Origin: Candidatus Caccalectryoclostridium excrementigallinarum
GTDB taxonomy: Bacteria; Bacillota; Clostridia; Christensenellales; UBA3700
DNA length: 64,000 nucleotides
Direction of reading: 5' to 3'
Assembly: GCA_018714485.1 (NCBI GenBank)
Contig: DVNJ01000024.1
Span: 15,806 to 79,805, forward strand
The position numbers and the translations under genes are program-made. The first letter of the stretch is position 1. Every line of letters starts with the position of its first letter. Positions 61,961-64,000 of the stretch are shown in pieces. A model generated the notes under the pieces. That model was not told the DNA's origin and searched no databases. It saw only the letters and a program-made list of their open reading frames with translations.

Positions 61961-61987
61961 AAAAAAATCGGCGGCTCGCGCCGCCGA
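61961..61987 (-). terminator. terminator after cvpA
   Basis: On the minus strand: tcggcggc-gcga-gccgccga followed by TTTTTTT. Confidence 0.75.
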
Positions 61988-62003
61988 ACGTGTTTTTCTT
62001 AGT

Positions 62004-62597
62004 TTACGAAAGCAGCGCCGCGCCGGCTGCCGCGTCCACGATCGAGTCTTTGACCTGAGTGAGCGCGTCCACTATCTTTTGGAAGACGTTGTTTTCCATC
62101 ATCCAGGAAGAGACGCTGTCCAGCGAAGCGACGGCGGCGTCCATGTCGCCCTCGTATTTCAAAACGGTGATGACGGAGACATAACATAAAAGCACGAAGC
62201 CGAACGCCAAAAAGCCTATGCCGCCGCCGAGGACTGCGCCCGCGAGCTTGTTCACCACTTGCAGCGCGCCTTTGACCTTGCCGCCCTTTTTGTCCACGAA
62301 ATGCATGATTATCGCCTTGATTATCAGCAGTACGATCAAGGTCGCAAAGCCCACGACGATAAAGGCGAGATTGCCCGAAAGAATGCTTTCCAGCCATTCC
62401 AAGCCGAAATAATCCTGCTCGGCGAGCGCGTTGCGAATGGGCTTGACCGCGAGCGCTCCCGCCGCCACGGAAAGCCCGATGACGAGCAGGTCAAGGAGCA
62501 TGCGGATCGCGCCCTTCCAAAGACCGAGGAGCACGAACAGTCCCAAGATCACGAAGCCGGCGATCGAGATTGCGGAAATTTGACAGAGCAGAAACAT
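62004..62597 (-). CDS. cvpA: CvpA-family membrane protein
   Basis: 197 aa with four TM helices and a CvpA-like N-terminus (ILGLFVLLGLWKGAIRMLLDLL). Strong AAGGAGGAAG SD. Confidence 0.75.
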   Translation of the reverse strand: MFLLCQISAISIAGFVILGLFVLLGLWKGAIRMLLDLLVIGLSVAAGALAVKPIRNALAEQDYFGLEWLESILSGNLAFIVVGFATLIVLLIIKAIIMHFVDKKGGKVKGALQVVNKLAGAVLGGGIGFLAFGFVLLCYVSVITVLKYEGDMDAAVASLDSVSSWMMENNVFQKIVDALTQVKDSIVDAAAGAALLS

Positions 62598-62744
62598 TTT
62601 TCTTCCTCCTTAGCCGCGTGCGGCGTCTATGTTTATTTTATCTCAAAAGAAAACGGCTGTCAAGAAAACGCCGCTTTGAGGGAAAGAGGCGCGGCATTTG
62701 CCTGCATCGGTATAATTTATTGCCGCGCGGGCAAAATCAATACC

Positions 62745-63293
62745 ATGGGAAAAGTGAAAACGGTCGTATTATGCATAGGAACGATGCGCGTCACGGGCGA
62801 CAGCGTGGGACCGCGCGTGGGAGACATACTCAAAGCCCGCGGCGTGAACTGCTTTGTCTACGGCGACAGCATAAGCAACGTCAACGCGCATAAGCTGGAA
62901 ATGTATCAAAACCTGCTCTCCGTCTGTCACGCCGGCGATATCGTCATCGCCGTGGACGCGGCTCTCGGCGAAAACGAAGACGTAGGGCGGGTCAAGATCA
63001 CGAAAAACGGGCTTTTCCCCGGCAGGGCGCTCGGCAGAGAGAGTAAGGCGGTGGGCGACATCGGCGTGCTCGCCGTCGTGGGGGAAAAGAGCGGGGACAA
63101 CTTCGCCCGCCTCGCCGCGGGGAGCGAAGAGTTCGCCGAGTTCATGGCGAAAAAGACGGCGGACATAACTCAGGAGCTGGTCGAATATATCGACCGCTTG
63201 GCGGAGGAAAAGTTTTCGCCGCGCGGCGCCGCGCGAGCTTATCCCGCCCTTGCCCGCCGGGCGGAACTCGCAAGCGCGCGGGCGCGCGTTTGA
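62745..63293 (+). CDS. yyaC: spore protease YyaC-like protein (GPR/hydrogenase-maturation protease fold)
   Basis: LCIGTMRVTGDSVGPRVG, NVNAHKL, IVIAVDAALG and KAVGDIGVLAVVG parallel the YyaC blocks. The SD is weak and the start is uncertain. Confidence 0.7.
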   Translation: MGKVKTVVLCIGTMRVTGDSVGPRVGDILKARGVNCFVYGDSISNVNAHKLEMYQNLLSVCHAGDIVIAVDAALGENEDVGRVKITKNGLFPGRALGRESKAVGDIGVLAVVGEKSGDNFARLAAGSEEFAEFMAKKTADITQELVEYIDRLAEEKFSPRGAARAYPALARRAELASARARV

Positions 63294-63410
63294 AGAAAAA
63301 CTTCTTCGACGCGGGCGGCTCGCGCGAGCCTTATACATACTATTTACTTGACTATTGTCCGCATTTATATTATTATAAGTGTATTATCGTACATAACAGG
63401 GGATAACAAC

Positions 63411-64000
63411 GTGACAAAAAATCAAAAAATATTGCGCATAGTCCTCATCGTGATCGCTATCGTCGCGATCGCGCTGCTGCTTTGGCTCATCTTCGACACG
63501 GGCGGTCCGACGGAGATAAATTACCAGGGCGGCGAAAACGGCGAGCTCGGCTTTGTCAACATGGTCAGTAACGGACAGGTGAAGGCGGTCTACGTCAACG
63601 GCGCCACGGTCTATATCCTTTCGGTGCAGCATGCGGCGGAGCAGGACATCTCCGTGGAGAGCTTTTATAAGAACCCGTCCTCGGCTGCCGACTATTTTTG
63701 CTATATAACCTCTTACAGCCAGCTCACGGAAGCGGAAGTGATCGGCGAAGACGGCAAGGCGGTCAAGGTGAACCCTTCCGCGCTCACCACTATACGTTAC
63801 GCCAACGCGCAGAGCAATTCCACGCTGACCTCGCTCATCGTGCCCATCATCGGCGTTATCGCCATCGGCATAATAATCTTCTTCATCTTCCGCCAGAGCG
63901 CGGGCGCCAACAAGCAGGCGATGAACTTCGGAAAGCTCAAGGCGCGCGTGAATATGAACGTGAAGGTGCGTTTTGACGACGTCGCCGGCGCGGACGAGGA
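63411..64000 (+). CDS. ftsH: ATP-dependent zinc metalloprotease FtsH, N-terminal part (3' end off-window)
   Basis: Not in the ORF track because it has no stop within the window. GTG 63411 lies 8 nt after AGGGG. Layout is TM1 (IVLIVIAIVAIALLLWLIF), extracytoplasmic domain, TM2 (LIVPIIGVIAIGIIIFFIF), then NFGKLKARV...VRFDDVAGADE, the block that precedes the AAA+ Walker A. Confidence 0.9.
   Translation, partial: MTKNQKILRIVLIVIAIVAIALLLWLIFDTGGPTEINYQGGENGELGFVNMVSNGQVKAVYVNGATVYILSVQHAAEQDISVESFYKNPSSAADYFCYITSYSQLTEAEVIGEDGKAVKVNPSALTTIRYANAQSNSTLTSLIVPIIGVIAIGIIIFFIFRQSAGANKQAMNFGKLKARVNMNVKVRFDDVAGADE

Noticed and set aside
60293-62597. dGTPase, a small Gly-zipper membrane protein and CvpA as a defence island
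   Set aside because: Each gene has its own promoter or terminator. I recognised no other defence domains (no nuclease, ATPase, TIR or helicase), and the flanking genes are housekeeping. The link is guilt by association only.
1-64000. Mobile elements, prophage, rRNA/tRNA genes and CRISPR arrays anywhere in the window
   Set aside because: A scan of all intergenic regions longer than 100 bp, and of every ORF longer than about 80 aa not explained by a gene, found no transposase, integrase or phage motifs. It also found no tRNA-like cloverleaf candidates and no arrays of three or more regularly spaced repeats. This was a by-eye scan, so small RNAs could have been missed.

Overview
This is a dense, GC-rich chromosomal segment with GC-rich third codon positions. 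It looks like a spore-forming Bacillota/Clostridia-type organism, based on YyaC, DegV, type III glutamine synthetase, the rpsF-ssb-rpsR cluster and AGGAGG-type ribosome-binding sites. I support about 50 protein genes and found no rRNA, tRNA, CRISPR array, transposase, integrase or phage genes.

Content:
- Housekeeping genes: ppa, asnA-ychF-argS, rpsF-ssb-rpsR, metG-tatD-radical SAM-rsmA, apgM, glnN, carA/carB, ftsH.
- Cytoplasmic host-glycan enzymes: a GH20 homolog plus nagA, NahK plus GalE, GH27 and GH38.
- Four large orphan surface or lipoproteins.
- One surface-polysaccharide-type gene string.

Many promoters (TTGACA-17-TATAAT class) and hairpin terminators can be read directly. All family assignments come from motifs I recognise by eye; no database search was run.

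Most interesting observations:
1. A 7-gene plus-strand operon (16.8-26.0 kb) joins an anchored surface protein to NahK/GalE, a Wzy_C-family enzyme, a Wzz fused to a degenerate BY-kinase domain, a PglF/CapD dehydratase with a histone-like Lys/Ala tail, and a CBM9-like protein. It is a candidate dedicated surface glycosylation module.
2. carB runs in frame, with no stop codon, into a complete diaminopimelate epimerase (DapF) domain that keeps its own internal SD and GTG.
3. The GH20 homolog co-operonic with nagA has SVNAAN where the catalytic H-x-G-G-D-E motif should be.
4. A 79-bp perfect direct repeat (242-bp period) with an embedded 64-nt imperfect palindrome starts inside the last codons of a Zn-ADH gene.
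5. The carA leader looks like an attenuator and contains an Arg-rich mini-ORF.
6. A sirtuin-fold protein lacks the canonical catalytic residues.

I cannot show that any of these is a truly new system. Long antisense ORFs in the six-frame track are treated as GC-composition artefacts.
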